A stretch of 63,741 bases of DNA, filler included, from Octopus bimaculoides (GCF_001194135.2; 8 parts of 7 records of this genome joined end to end with filler, not necessarily neighbours in it); one strand, 5' to 3'; positions 1 to 14,507 are shown, numbered from the whole stretch's first letter. Translations and numbers: made by a program. Notes: generated by a model from the sequence alone, not told the origin.

Positions 1-1087
1 ATATATATATATATATATATATAGATATGTTAGCACTATAACAGTTAATGATATTTTCCATTCACAAAGAATAAGAATTTACATATTGTTAAACCTGTAT
101 TCGTAAAAGAAATTGCAACAAATTCGAGAGAAAAAAATCATTTAAATTCTTTCTCAATCAAACTGATATTATTTCTGATATAATATGTTGGAAATGGCGT
201 GATGTTAGTCTTCCTTTTAATATTGGCTAATTGAAGAAAATCATATTTTATAGCTAGAATTACTTGACATCGTAGAATTAAATTAATTGTTAATTCAATT
301 GTAATATGATATATATGAAGTGAAAGACGTTTTGAAGAAAACAACACAGCAACAGAAATAAAAATATACTTAGAAATAGGCTGGTCGTTGATTTTGGAGT
401 ATAATATAGACATTTCATTGGTGTGATATATGGAATAGGGAAGAACATACTGTAATAGTGTCAAGTAGAAGCTTTAATTATTTAGAGTTGATACTAATAT
501 CAACTACATGTTTCAATTATGGCAGTTTGAATTAACGATGCGGACTGCATTCCTTTTCCATAAAAATAAAGTCAGATGCCATTGTTTGTGATTTTTTTAG
601 CTGTATATAACTATTGTTGAAAGCAGATCCGCGAGTACAAACGACTATTTTGTAAGTTAATTGTATTTCTTACCTTAGAGTACTGGTTATTCTATGCTTT
701 GTTTATGAGTTATCATAATAGTGAAACATGTGCAGCTTTGTTGTATTACCAAAGACAAATTTCACTTCCTCTTACAATAAATTTTTAAAATTAAATTTAG
801 ATAATTCATATGCATGTGTTTGTACTTCCTAACTCTCTTGATTAGGGTATTATAAATATAATGATTAACATTTCTTGGTTCATTCTAGTATACATTTATA
901 ACTGAGAGAAAAAAAAAAGAACCCAATTCAAATATATTAAATGAAGACAAAAGTCCTTTAAACGTGTCACGACATAATTACAGTACTTTCAATCATATGT
1001 GTTTCTAAGTAACTTATAATGTATTAATAGGATCTGTTGTTTGCTAATTCAGATTCCACGTGCGTTAAATATAATGTCATTGATATA

Positions 1088-1301
1088 TTGGTTTCAAATT
1101 TTAGTACAAAGCCAGCAATTTCAGTGCAGGGATTAAATCGATTACGTCGGGCCAAGATCCTAACTGGTTCTTATCTTATCGACCCCGAAAAGCTGAAAGG
1201 CAAAGTCGACCACGGTGGTATTTGAACTCAGAACGTAATGACGGACGAAATGCCGCTAAGAATTTTCTCTAGCATGCTAACGATTTTGCCAGCTCACCGC
1301 C
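1088..1301 (-). mobile_element. tRNA-derived SINE family A (central domain resembling Meta/MESC type)
   Basis: Reverse complement of the GGCGGTGAGCTGGCAGAATCGTTAGC...GTTCAAATTCCGCC...CTTTGCCTTTCATCCTTTCGGGGTCGATAA...GTACCAGT consensus that recurs more than 15 times in the window. Confidence 0.85.
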
Positions 1302-3824
1302 TTATGCGTTGATATAATAATCATCTGTACAAGAACCTCCACATATTGCACCTTGATATTTCTATATATTACCAAGATGAATCTAATCTATTTTAATACT
1401 AGACATACTGTAACTGGACTGTGAATTTGCAGATTCCTTAGTTACAGCATTTGTTCCAACTCTCTAAGTTCTGATTTCAGCTCCCACCGAGATCAACTTT
1501 GCCTTTAATCTATGCGGGTTCGATAAAGTAAGAAGTGGCAGAAGTGGCAATCCAAAGCGATGCATTGACGTTTAAATTCCGTCATGGCCTAGTTGAACGA
1601 TAAATTTAATCGGTCGCTCGGTTTAATACGACTAATTGATACCTTTCTGCTTGAGTAGGTCTATTTCCTTTCTTCCCGCGTGTCACGGAAACCCCGTAAA
1701 GCAGCACAGATACTGCCTTCCCTCCTGACTAAAAGATAAAATTAAACTGAAGACAGAAAGAACAGAAAAATTAATGAAAACACTCATTAATATGAACCAG
1801 ACTTACCAATATGAATCAGGTTCCTTTGATAGATTTTGAATTTGTGAAACGTATTTAATATCACCAACGATTTTTAAGTGACGGTTTATACCATATTATT
1901 GTATTCTGATGTTAAGTAAGGTTGAACCTGGTTCCCACTCCTGCATCAATTAATAATCGGGAAAACAAGATATAGGCGTCTTTTGTATGAACACATATGA
2001 AGCAATAGAGTGACACAAGGGTTATTGGGCCTAAACAAATTTTCAAAAGTATTCACTGCTGTTCTATGTTTGATTTGAATCAAAGCGCATCGACTAACTC
2101 TCTGTGATCAATAAGATACGTACAACTCTTATACCAGGGCTGTTGTTCGTTAACTAAAACGGTTTTCGTATATAATTAATCTTTTATGTTTTGAGCTTAA
2201 ATCCTACAACGAAAAATTTTGCCTTTCATTCTTCTCAGATCCCTAAAATAAGTACAACTACTGGATGCGTCTTAAAAACATGTCCTGTATCCATGTTAGA
2301 TTTCATGACATATTTGTCAAAGTTACTCAGAGAGAATTGAACAGCGGTCAATTTAATGTATATGGAATTTGAAGTTCAAATACGTATCCAAGTCGTTGCT
2401 TTATACTTACATCTCTTATTCTGCACACAGATATAGTTGTGCAATTAAGATGTTCGCTTAGATATTATACTATTTTAAATTTGCTTCTGGCACTTTGCAC
2501 TTAGGAAGAGTGTTTTCTACCATAATCGCGAGTTGAGACAATCATTATGGTGGACAGAAACTATATAGCACCGGGTAAAGATTGCATTCCAGTTCTAGGG
2601 AGATTGGTCTCATCAGCCACCTTCACGAACACCACCATGCAGCTATTGGTTAATTTAAGTGGATTGAACTCCGCTCAAAGTATATGAAACAATTCTCCAA
2701 ATTGGAGCCAACTTCTTTTCAAGGTCCTCACAGTCAGGAGCAGTTTAGAAGTAGTCACTAGGTGCCAATTTTCAATCATCAGACCGAATCATTGAATAAG
2801 TGTTCAGCTCCAAGATAATTTGACTTTAAAACATTTTGGAATCTTAAATCTGCTTATCCAAATGAGATTTGTTTACAGTAAAATTATTGTCGAAATACTA
2901 GCAATCTTTTAATTGATAGTTTGTATGGCATTACTAATTAATTATTTCAGGGACATTTCAGGTTCACTGGGTGACTACTTAATTCCGATTTCTCTGATGT
3001 GTTGTTTAGATCCACCTCAGACTTGATCAAGTATACCTACAATCAAAAGTATTTGGATAACGACTATCTCATTGTTTTAAATGCATGTAGGTCTACGTCA
3101 GTTAATGTCTCATTTCCTTTCCCCTAAATCAGTATGTTGCTAACACTTATGTCAGCGTTTATAGCAGGTCGATCGACTACATAGTGATTCCCTCGTTTGC
3201 TTGGATGTTCATTCCATGCACGACACTCCTCTCTTAGAAGTTTAGTAGTAGGCAATTTTTCTTCAAGATTAATTAAGTCAGACAGTAATTGTTACTTCGT
3301 CGTCTCTTCATACAACGTTGTAGTCCCTCGACCTGCTACTAGCAGCCCAAATTTCATCAAAGAAATCATCATAGTTTTGAAATTAAAAACAAAACGCTGG
3401 ATAATAATACAGCCGTAGTACACAATACCTATGGAAAGGTGCGAGCGTTCTTGAGCCACTTTCGATCATTCCTCCGGTAAGACTTAAAAGCTAAACAATC
3501 ATTTTGAATTGGGATATCAAGCCAAATGTAATATATTTAAATTTAAATGTCTTTGTCCGATATAAACTTCAGCATCGTCTACAGTATTTGAACTCATTCC
3601 TCTTTTGAGTAGATGTCAAATATATTAGAAATACATCTTATATATTTATTAGCAAAAGAGTGTGGATTAATAATTTGGAAATACAATTTGGCAGACGGAA
3701 ATTGTACAGAAACGTATTTCAAAGTCGTTACTAAAAAGAAAAATTTAAACACCAGCAAATTTCGTAAACATAGATTTGAGAATAATTTAGTATATACAAA
3801 TTAGATGGCCGATGCCAAGTAATA

Positions 3825-4200
3825 TTGGTTTCAGATTTTGGCACAAAGCCAGCAAATGCAGAGGATGGGGTAAGTCGACTGTTACTTCTTTTATCGACCA
3901 CAAAAGCAAGGAAGACAAAGTCAACCTTGGCGGAATTTAAAGTTAGAACTTAAAAACTGACGAAATGCCGCTAAGCATTTTGTCCGGTGCGATATATATT
4001 TTATATATAATAATACTGGCTTCATATTTTCGCACCAGTAATTTAGGAGGAGGGGTGAATTCATTACATCGATTACAGTAATCAACTGGTATTTCTTTTA
4101 TCGACTCCGAAAGAATGAAAGGCAAAGTCAATCTAGGCGGAATTTGAAGCTAAAGCGTAAAGACGGACGAAATGCCTTTAAGCATTTTGACCGGCATTTG
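3825..4200 (-). mobile_element. Two tandem SINE family A copies
   Basis: Two successive matches (about 3825-3985 and 4010-4200) to the family A consensus. Confidence 0.8.
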
Positions 4201-4662
4201 TGTCAATCGATATAAATAAAGAGTAGAACCGTTGTTGTGTAGCCCTAACAGTACTAAACCAAAATGTATCTGAACACTGCCGAACATTGTAGTCCTGTTT
4301 CAGAGTTTCTGCGACTCGAACTGAAAACGGGGAAAAAAATCTACTCCAAGCAAAGAAAAACAGTAAAGGCTTAAGTCTATAGTTCATCTATTGATTTATT
4401 GATCTATAAAAGCCGATCCAAAGGGAAAAAGAACGAATAAACGATTTGGATGATTGAATAAATAAATAAAATATTGAACAGACACTTGTAAATGTTATCA
4501 ATAGCCACAGTTACAATCGATATCCGTTTGTTATATTTTTATCTCGGTGATGTAAAAATATTTCTTTGTGTAATTTAGTATAAATAAAATGCAACTACAC
4601 ACATCCACACACGCATACACATCCCCCAAATATATATAGTATATACATCTGTGATTATATAT

Positions 4663-4803
<141 letters not shown>

Positions 4804-4999
4804 TTTGTACGTAAAAGAAAACAAAAAATATTTGACTCCCTTCAGCTAAACATCTGAATCAAAAATGAACGTCAACAATTTACCATTATAAAGGTTTCTT
4901 TTTTAAATTTCAGTCTGATTAATTCAATATTTTATCACTGTATGTACGTTTATGTTGTAGTATATGTGTGTGCATGTTAGTATGTGTGTAACCCATTAT

Positions 5000-5860
5000 C
5001 TTTCTAGACATTCTGCTGAATAAGATGTGGTTGATATTCATTTAAAATTTCTGTAACGCAGACGGGAAAATTAATCGCCGGTGAGGACACACTCATTGGA
5101 TAATGATGCTGAAAGTGCACTATTTTAAGGAAGAAAACGGTATGATCAAGCTGGTATATGTTCTTGCTTGGGCCTAATCTGGAGTTAAACAATATTTTGA
5201 AACGATAGGCTAACAGAAAAAATAGAATACGAGATAAAGTATAGCCTACAATGTAGCTCAGAGAGAAGACTAAGAGCGGTCTGATAAAAAAAAATGTATC
5301 TCTTAGAGTTCGAAAGTAGTCAGTTAGTATTTGGGATGAGAGATAAATTGCAGACCATGCATGTTTCATGGTAGTCATTTTCAGGTGGTTAATAGTAGTT
5401 GGTATGGTAGAATATCTCAGACGTTGACACTAGAGATCAGCTAATTGTTTGAAGGTAGTATAGTAGGGTTACAATAAGTTGACTTGGTTGTTTGGAAATT
5501 GTAGCCTTTGGTTGTGTAAGATATGTGCGTTGGTGCTTACCGGATAGTGTTGCCATCAACATGCATCTAACGGATTACCCAGAAGCGAAACGCATTTGCT
5601 TCTAAGGGTAGTCGTCATACAAGTAGCGAGGATTTAACAAGTTAACTAACATTAAGTGCCAGATGGTTCAGAACAGAGTAAAGTTAGGAAAGGGGTCAGC
5701 GTATCTGGAGGACCTGTGTATTGATCAAGAGAAGACATTAACTAGTGCAGACAGTTCTGTGTAACAAACTATTCACTCTCTGAATCAGTGGTGTCTGAAA
5801 GAACCAAGAATGTTGTGTACAATGACGTCACCAACAAGGATGACTTTAGAGTGTGATACG
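5000..5860 (-). mobile_element. Degenerate CR1/L2-like LINE, AP-endonuclease region
   Basis: Minus strand reads VILVGDVIVHN (the GDFNxH motif), followed by a degenerate LDLFLT-like segment; many stops and frameshifts. Confidence 0.6.
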
Positions 5861-6849
5861 TATATAGATATATAAAGAAATGTAAATTCTTCTAAATATC
5901 ATCGATGGTTATTCCAGCTTTTCGATCAATAAAACTACTTCCTCATTGTATTAAAATATAAAGGAATGATTTTCCACAGGAGCTTCTAACTCAGACGTAA
6001 TAAACAAGCAAAATAAACACCAAAGTGTATTACAAAACCGGTTCTTTGAATTAGACGTAGAGTCCATCTGACTGGTTACTTCGAAATTTTACCCTTCGAA
6101 ATAACAAATTTCTAAATTTCTTCCATCGAGTTGTGGTGCACAAACCTTGATCCAAGACATGTTGCTACTAGCATAGAAGGACTCTTATTTAAAAATATTT
6201 TGGCTCCTGTTCAAAATTTCCAAACTTTGTACCATATCTTTCCTGAGTATGTGAATAGCTATAATATCGTCATAGCAGGGTCAGGGAGTTTGCCCCACAA
6301 CACGTAAACATAAATATGCATTTAACTTTGACATTGCTATAATTTTCCAATTGTTTTCCAAACTGTTATATACTGACTGCTGCATAATTTCTTGAAATAT
6401 ATTAAGCTTCTTCGGCCTTACGTCTTCTGGCATGCACCAACTTCGGAGCACTAATTCCATTTTGGTAAGACCGCCTACAAACAAACTTCTTGACCTACGT
6501 ATGGGGGTCAAGACTGTTGGGTTTACTAGTCATCACGGACATGGACAAACTTAAACGCAGAGCGCTTACTATACTCCAGGCTTATCATTCCTCTTCTCGA
6601 TGTATCGATGATTAATCATGTTTACTTCTTGCAAGATGCATATAAGATAACTAGCTTATTTACTAGAGAACTGTCTCGAGTTCAAAATAGAAAAAGAAAA
6701 TCCGAATGATACTGGGTCTCTCTCACTAACTGTCATTCTCTCTTTGTCTCTCATTCTCTCTCTCACTCTCTCTCACACTCTCTCCCACACTCTCTCCCTC
6801 TCTCCCTCTCTCCCTCTCTCTCTCTCGCTTTCTCTCTGTGCTTGATTTC

Positions 6850-7150
6850 AACTCAGGATCACAGGAGATGGATTCATTAAGATCAAATACCTCTGGAAAG
6901 TAGCCAACCAGAATCAGTTCGTACACTACAGATAAACTGTAGCGACCTGTGCTAAAGCCGACTACTTACAGAATGAAATCTCCCCTATAAATTACAGATG
7001 CAATAAAGCAGTGGATGATATAACCACCAACACTAAGCATTTCTAAAGAGTGGTAATTGATAATGGCTATCCAGAATCCTAGGAGGTTCACATCTTCAGT
7101 AACAAGTGACTGTTGTCAGACTCACTGAAGTTCACAGAATGATCCGTAGA
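6850..7150 (+). mobile_element. Probable Penelope-like RT-thumb remnant
   Basis: Fragments LWKVANQNQFVHY ... NYRCNK ... VIDNGYPES match the PLE YRK..LHY ... RIxxxC ... NGYP pattern. Confidence 0.5.
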
Positions 7151-7854
7151 GAGGTATTGAATATACAGCTTGCGCACTCTAAGCTTTCTATGAAAAGATA
7201 CCTGTATAGAAATAAGCTTACACAAGGCATTAATGTATGCACACTAGCTAACTAACTGCCTAATCAATAATGCAGATATGTGCTTATGGGTTGACATGAA
7301 CTGCGGTATATCATGCAATTTATGTGACAGAATTAACGTCGCAAGCACATTTAAAAAAAATGCACATTTATTATTAAAGACCACATTCTTCGGTTAAAAT
7401 ATTTGCCACAACTAATATGTAATGGTTCCCATCAAAGATACAGAAAAGAATATCGAAAATTTGAAGATTAAGGACGATTAATAATTTTTAAAATGTCCTT
7501 TCTATCAGTAACAGACATGATGGTGTGCAGCGCTAATTTGTTACTAAAACACCACAAGTCGCATATGTCGTACATATCAAAACGAAGCTCATAATTTTTC
7601 TCTTCATAAATGCGTTTAAGAGTCGAAATACGGAACTGCATTGAAAAAGTTTAAAACTTTGTTTCTATATCATTAGTGTTTCCTGCCAGAATTTCCAACA
7701 ATCATTATAATGGCTCTCTTTAACAATCGTTTTAACAATACATACAAACTCAAAGTCACATAGACATGTATATATATAAGCATATGTAGAGGGTAATAAA
7801 TATGCGCAGAAAGCTGTTTGCCTATTTTTGCAAAAATCTTATTGCACGGGGCAA

Positions 7855-7890
7855 AGAAAGAAAGAAAGAAAGAGAAAGAAAGAGAAAGAA

Positions 7891-7954
<64 letters not shown>
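7855..7954. repeat. (AAAG)/(AG)n microsatellite
   Basis: Read directly. Confidence 0.98.
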
Positions 7955-7956
<2 letters not shown>

Positions 7957-8057
7957 CATGGGAGTGTATCAAAAAGAAATACAGTAGTGAAAGAGACAGC
8001 AAATAAGATTTTGGGAAAGTCGGGCATTATTAGAATCTACACTAATAAAAATGATAA

Positions 8058-8510
8058 TAAAATAATAGTTTTCAATTTTGGCACAATGCCAGCAATTTCG
8101 GAGCTGGAGGTAAGTTGATTACATCAATCTCAGTGTGCTAGTAGTTCTTATGTTATCGACCTCGAAAGGATAAGAGCCTAAGTCAATCTCGACGGTATTT
8201 GAAACCAAGAACGTAAACACAGAAAATGCCGCTAAGCATTCTGCCCAGCTTGCTAACGAATTTGCAAAGTCGCTGCCTTAGAAGTAATGGTTTCGAATTT
8301 TGGCACAAGGCCAGAGATTATAGGGGAGGCGGCAAGTCGATAATATTCACTCCAATGTTCAACTGGTACTTATTTTATCGACTCCGAAAGAATGAAAGGC
8401 AAAGTCGACCGCAGAGAAATTTGAATTCAGAACGTAAAGACGGACGGAATGCGGCTAAGCATTTGGCCCGTCTTGCTAATGATTCGACCCTCTCGCCGCC
8501 TTCGCTGCCT
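8058..8510 (-). mobile_element. Two tandem SINE family A copies
   Basis: Matches at about 8058-8262 and 8287-8505. Confidence 0.85.
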
Positions 8511-8999
8511 TGATGTTAATAATAATATTTCAACAACACAAAGCTCAACGATGAAAATAGCAAGATAATAGGCAACAGTTAATTACTTATAATATCAACT
8601 CGTTTGTATACTTTCACTGCAAGAAAACACCACAAATGCTTTTACCTCCTTAATGCCATGCTTTCCATGTTTTACTGACATAGTGTTTACTATGTTTACA
8701 TTTTAGGAAACAAAAACAAAAATAATCTCATAGTATTCCTATACCTGATTAATGTTGGTCGAAAAGAACTCAAATCTCATGAAAAGTTAAAAATACCGGA
8801 CATTTAATAAAATAATTTTTTTAATAATTTTTATCCTAAAGTATAAATTAATATTCACTTGTCATATAAAAGAACTCAAACTATTTCAAACATTAGTATT
8901 ACGATATTTGGTAGTTTTTTTCTAATTGAGGCTTCGAAATATTCTTTATTGTGGATAAGTTATCAAAAGCGACAATATACAATTTCAGCACACAAGGGA

Positions 9000-9900
9000 A
9001 TACCTTAAATACACTGCAAAACCTTCAGCACAATAACAAATTATCTAATCCTTTCGATCTCGTCCTCCACACTACCTTTTTCTCCATAACCACGAAATAT
9101 AAACTTCGTGATCTTCTTACGCTAGGCAATAGATTTTCGACATAACTACACAAGTCAGCAATGTTCGGGGCTGTGCACAAGTGCGTGGAGAAGGGTCTTA
9201 TGGTAGCACTGATTGACCTGGGTTTGGTGGAGCGTTCTCAAAGGAGGACATCCAAAACCTGAGAATGTCAACACCACTAGACCTCTCTTGAATGTAGAGT
9301 TAATTTCCACTGGAATGCTCTTGTGAACTGATAGAAAACTGAATGCATCTGACTATATCACGTGCCAAGCACTCAGTATTGATTTTCGTTTCACTCAGAG
9401 CGGTAATCTCGCCAAAGAAACGAGATATTGAAAACGTGAGTGAGAAACGTGGCCAAATCAGCTCACCGTCAGGGAACAGTTGCAAGTTTTTTTTAATCTC
9501 AGTGTATGACTGCGCTTTACAATCTCTACACACTAATGATGCAATGCATAGTGAGTTGGAAGTAGGGGAAAGGCTAAAGTAGTGGAAAACATAATTTCAA
9601 CAAAAAGAATAGAAGGTATACACTCCAGTTTGGACAGATGCAAACTAATATTTAGCACAAAAGTTAGGGGATAACTAATAACGGAAGGCATTTGCTAATT
9701 CTGTCCAAACTTTTCTGGGCACCTTCCTTTACTCCATTTTTGTTAGATTGAGCAAACTACCAATAATCTGGCCCCAATTCTTACTCTCCTGGAGATCAGT
9801 CTAAACCAGATCCTAAACAATTTCACTAGATCTTTCCAGCAAAGATCTAGTGAAGTTGCTTCTAACATAGATTCATTTGCAGTAATGGATTAGTCGAATA
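9000..9900 (-). mobile_element. Degenerate LINE RT-region remnant (CR1/L2-like)
   Basis: Minus-strand fragment KNLQLFPDGELIWPRFSLTFSISRFFGEI resembles the PDG...FN.S..G RT lead-in. Heavily decayed. Confidence 0.4.
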
Positions 9901-10231
9901 CAATGACCTCAGTTATTGATACATAATCTATCGAAGCCAGAAATAGGATAGGTAAAATAGGCATCAGTAGGATTCGTACTCAAAACTTTCATATAAAGGA
10001 AAAAGAAAAATAACGGTAACAGCATGGGCACAAATAAGCAGTACTGGCATTTTTGAAACAATTTAATATCATCCATACATACACGCAACAAAAGCAAAAT
10101 TAACACCTACTATAACAAAATTAAGTATGAAAACATTACATCACTATAAGCGTATTAGAGAATAGAAGCAACACGTCTAGAAGATAATCAAAAGGGAGGC
10201 TATGGGGGAATAATTTGAATAGTAACAGAAA

Positions 10232-10446
10232 TATTGGTTTCGAATTCTAGCACAAGGTCAGTAGTTTTAGGGAGGATAAGTCGTTTACATCAACTCCAGT
10301 GTTCAACTGGTACTTATTTTATCGACCGCGAAAAGATGAAAACAAAGTCAACTTCGGCGGAATTTAAACTCGGAATGTAAAAAGAAACGAAATGCAGCTA
10401 AGCGTTTTGACCGGAATGCTAACGATTCTGCCAGCTCACTGCCTTA
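10232..10446 (-). mobile_element. SINE family A
   Basis: Full-length match to the family A consensus. Confidence 0.85.
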
Positions 10447-11417
10447 AACAGCAGCAGAAATATTAAAGATACAATGCAAACGAGAGAATTGTGGCAGCAG
10501 CAATGCCAGTTGCACAGTTAGCTAAATATGTGCATTTCGGTGTTTAGCACACAGCGACTCGATTGATTTAGAAATAAGATTCCTGTCGTTGGAAAGGTTG
10601 TTTTCGTTCATCTGTGAACTTTCAGAGAAAATCAATATCAACTGCTTATCTGACCTCATCAGAGCTACTACTATGTCGGTTTTATAGCATTTGGAGCTGT
10701 ATGGCTAGTTGTCATACATGACTTAGTTGCCATTGATTCTACTAGCACTAACACTGTACAATCTTTAAACCACATAACTAATTTATGTGCATGCGTGTGT
10801 GTATGTGTTTATATGTGTGTGTATTTACGTATGTGTGAGAGTGTACGTGGAGTGTGTGTGTTATTGGATTTCTTAACCAGGTGATATATTCTCCTAAAAT
10901 CTCAATTCGCTGGTATGTTAGGATAATTTAGATCTCATTTATTTTTACCGAAGAAGGTTCTAATGTTTACATTAACCTTTATGTTTGTACATTGAATATT
11001 TATATTTATATTTCAGTCACATCTGCCACTCTGTGACAGAGTTTTATTCTTATGATTCGACAATGGATATTTAGTAAATTGGATAAATTCTAACATGTCA
11101 CTGTTATTTGTGACACGACCTTTCTTTAAAAGTAGAGTATTTAGTCCGACGCTGTCTTTATCACTTTTCATCTTTAATGGAATATTCGAGTAAATAAAGC
11201 AGCCCCTACGTAATCATTTGACCTGATAGAATCAGTAGCTTCGTCTTCCTCAAACCACACCAAACTATCTTAAGAAAAGGATACACCAGGAAGTAGGGTG
11301 CGTAGTACACTATGCCTGAAGAAAATTTTGCGGCAGTTACTGAACACATATGATGATAGTTTAGTTTAAAACGTGAAAATACTGTGGCTGTTGGTGAAGC
11401 TGTAGTAGCAGTAGTCG

Positions 11418-11477
11418 GGGTGGTGGTGGTGGTGTTAGTGGTGGTGGTGATTGTGGTGGCGATTGTGGTGGTGGTGT

Positions 11478-11534
<57 letters not shown>

Positions 11535-11578
11535 CAGTAGTAGTAGCAGTAGTAGTAGTAGCAGCAGCAGTAGTAGTC
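11418..11578. repeat. (GTG)n/(TAG)n trinucleotide repeat
   Basis: Read directly; source of the poly-V and poly-T ORFs. Confidence 0.97.
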
Positions 11579-11849
11579 TTCCTTACAATAAAAACAAGAA
11601 TATGATTTTCAAAATTCAAACCGATTTAACAAATACTGACAATTTTTTTTTCTTTTCTGCATGTTTTAACAACTTATAAGAGTTTTTATAATTCACCTAC
11701 AGAATTGCGCTCTGTAAAAGGTATGGGCTGTAGAGGAATACATGACTAGAGGATCTGAGCACGAGACGGTGCTTCAACATTGAGCAAGTGATTTGAGGAG
11801 TGTCAACAGCAGCTAGCACCTTCTAAGAGGTCGTACTGATATTACTTTA

Positions 11850-12560
11850 CACATCACAGTGCAGAATCAACGCGAAAGAGGTCAGCATGCGACCTAACTG
11901 ACGAAGAGCACGAGGAATCATAAAACTTAAGTCCACCCTCAGCAGAGTTGGTCTTGAAATTATTCCCACACTGATTCTTTTTCGGTGAATGCCGGTATGG
12001 CCGAGAACAGGAAGCTCAAATATTATATGCGATAGGAGCAATCATCTGAAGACAGTCTCACTCGCAGCCAATAAAGAAATTCGATATAAGCCAGAAAAGC
12101 AAAAGCTACAGAACTGGTCAAAATTGCATCTACAGCGTTCAAAGGAAATGTATCAGTTCAAGTAATACGGAATAACAAGAACAATCATAATCCTAGCATC
12201 TTCCAAATCCTCTATTGAGAAATATAACGAGTGTGACACAGAAGAGCCGAATATTTGACAGAAAATCGATAGATTACCAGGCAGGAGAAAATAAAGAAGG
12301 GATATCCTAGACCCAACAGATTGGCAGCTACAAGATTGACAAAACACACCCCGACTTCTACTTCCACATATCCACATACTCTCACACATGTAGAAATGCA
12401 GCAAAACAAATGAACTACACCAATGTTCAACAATAACAAAATCCTAAGAGCAGAGCTTTGAAGGGAAAAACAATAAGGAAATTGATATGATTCACAACAG
12501 GAAAAATACCAAACTTTAAAGCTCGACAATAGCAGCAGTATCAGTAACATCCACGACAAC
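11850..12560 (+). mobile_element. Possible I/Nimb-like LINE RT remnant
   Basis: Purine-rich coding-like tract with degenerate LAAT.W and VQ.N..LR-like fragments. Confidence 0.3.
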
Positions 12561-12759
12561 AACATGGATAGCTAATCAATAATAATTGCTCCTTGTTGCA
12601 CTGTAGCTCGTAAAGATGGGGATCATTCAAAAATTAGAGATGTTAAGGGGCTACCGCAATTGAAGTTATACAGAGGGGAGTGGGACAGTCGACGCCATCA
12701 TCAGAATGTCTCAGGCACCTCGGAAATCGATGGTTTCCAGGGCAATCTGGTTAATGCCT

Positions 12760-13662
12760 GTTTCTGTTACTGTCTTTTACTTCTGACGAATAACAAGAGC
12801 ACGCGTTAATGAGGACAAGTTGGTAGCCTTATAACTCGGCACTTGAACAAGCAAGACTATGCGGCACAACAATTCCTGTCGCTTGTCTAATGTTTATGTA
12901 TAGTACCGGGGTTTTGATCCAGTCCCCCAGGTAAAGAAAACAGAATTTTCGTACAAGACAGACACGATCATTTCTGTGTATATACTCGGATTTGGAAAGG
13001 AATGAGCAACAGGAAATGATGTACTCTATCGTCTCATAATAATGTCTGTAGTTGCTTTCCCTATTTCAACTTTATAACTACTTGCGTCTCGACATGCAAC
13101 TAAAGGTCTCCTGTTTCTGATTTCTGTCCAGAGTTCTTCTAAAGCTTACTTCCCTGCCATATCTTGCAAGGTATTATCTATGGAGAGGTTTTCCTCTTCG
13201 TTTTGTCATTTTATAGCCTTTTTCATCTGATGAATTACCTCTCCATTTTGTATGTTATTGTTTTCTTGTATGGTAATTGTTGACTTTGTGTATAATTATT
13301 AATATATTTGGAGCGTCCTGAGGGACGACCTAGATAGATGTTAATATATCAAAGTCATAATTTTCTCTTTGCTTATTTCTAAGTATTTTCTCTTCCTACT
13401 GCTCTAATTTTGAAGCAAATCTCTATTGATATTAGATTTGCCCATCTTGGGTACGAGGAAGATATATTGCAGCTATGTCAGTTATATGGGAATTGTGGTT
13501 TCGTAACGCGGTCATTAGTCTCCTGGCTTCTCTTCCTAAACTTTTCACTTCACTTTCCAATGTATTTTGTTGCGTATGTGTGTGTATGTGTGTGTGTGTG
13601 TGTGCGTGCGTGCGCGTGTGTGTGTGTGTGTATGTGTGTGTGCGTGTGTGCGTGCGTGCATG

Positions 13663-13750
<88 letters not shown>

Positions 13751-14350
13751 CTAGTAATGAATTACCTTTTTTAAAAAAATATTACTCTGATTGTTCTGTA
13801 GTTATCTTTTTTAATTTTCTCTTTCATTTGTGAGCCGCACTTATCAGTGTCATCAACACCTAAATATTTATGTGGATAGTTCTGTTCTTATTCTCAGATT
13901 GCGGCGTCTGCATTGAGCTTAATTTTCTCAGTTTTAGTTAATTTCTTTCTCCATATCATAGAAAACTCATTTCTTTAATCCTACACTCGTATATTCATCA
14001 TGGTTGTACGTATGAACAATTTATTAGCTATTATCGCTTGTAAATATTATTAAGTCAGATAGTTTGTCTGTAGATTCTATAACTATTGATGGTTTCATTT
14101 AGCAGGTTTGTTAATGAAATCAGGACTAGACAACAGAGTAGGGAGAAAATGAGTCTTCTTGAAAATTTCCTGTCCTTATACGCTGGTTTTAATCATCTTC
14201 CATTTCACCTGGATTATATAGTTTTCAATTTTTACATAACATAGTTAACGTATTTCGATAGCATTGAGGTTCCTTTATGTGGAATGTCTGCATTATCTAA
14301 GAGTACGGTAGATCATCAAATGCTTTTCAGTAATTAATTCAGTGATACTT
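12760..14350 (-). mobile_element. R4/Dong-like non-LTR retrotransposon relic (RT to CCHC knuckle), split by a (GT)n tract
   Basis: Minus strand: KAFDDLPYS; IFQEDSFSPLL.CLVLISLTNLLN (GIFQGDSLSPLLF); HKYLGV; MKEKIKK; ETIEYIISCCSFLSKSEYIHRNDRV. Confidence 0.8.
13572..13744. repeat. (GT)n microsatellite
   Basis: Read directly. Confidence 0.98.
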
Positions 14351-14507
14351 TTCAGTTAAATGCCGTATACAAAACAAATATAAGTGAAAATTCCTCTTCT
14401 TGAATTAGGTACTTAAGTTGAAGCACTAAGTCAGACCGGTATTGTCCGCACTACTCGAAGTTAGGTGAATAAAAAGCAAATAAGTAACAAGGGTGTTCAA
14501 GTATTAG

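Noticed and set aside
2500-3420. Coding-like tracts at 2.5-3.4, 6.0-6.5 and 56.9-57.4 kb
   Set aside because: Probably old retroelement debris, but I could not identify a diagnostic motif, so they are left uncalled.
10662-10790. VGFIAFGAVWLVVIHD as candidate tetraspanin TM1 exon
   Set aside because: Spacing does not fit the TspanC8 GxxxxGxGxW pattern, there is no suitable donor, and the frame runs into a microsatellite.
11206-11619. Mucin-like poly-Thr ORF and an exon-like stretch GIVYYAPYFLVYPFLKIVWCGLRKTKLLILSG (about 11231-11323, -)
   Set aside because: Poly-Thr comes from a (TAG)n repeat; the exon-like part has a weak donor and no family motif.
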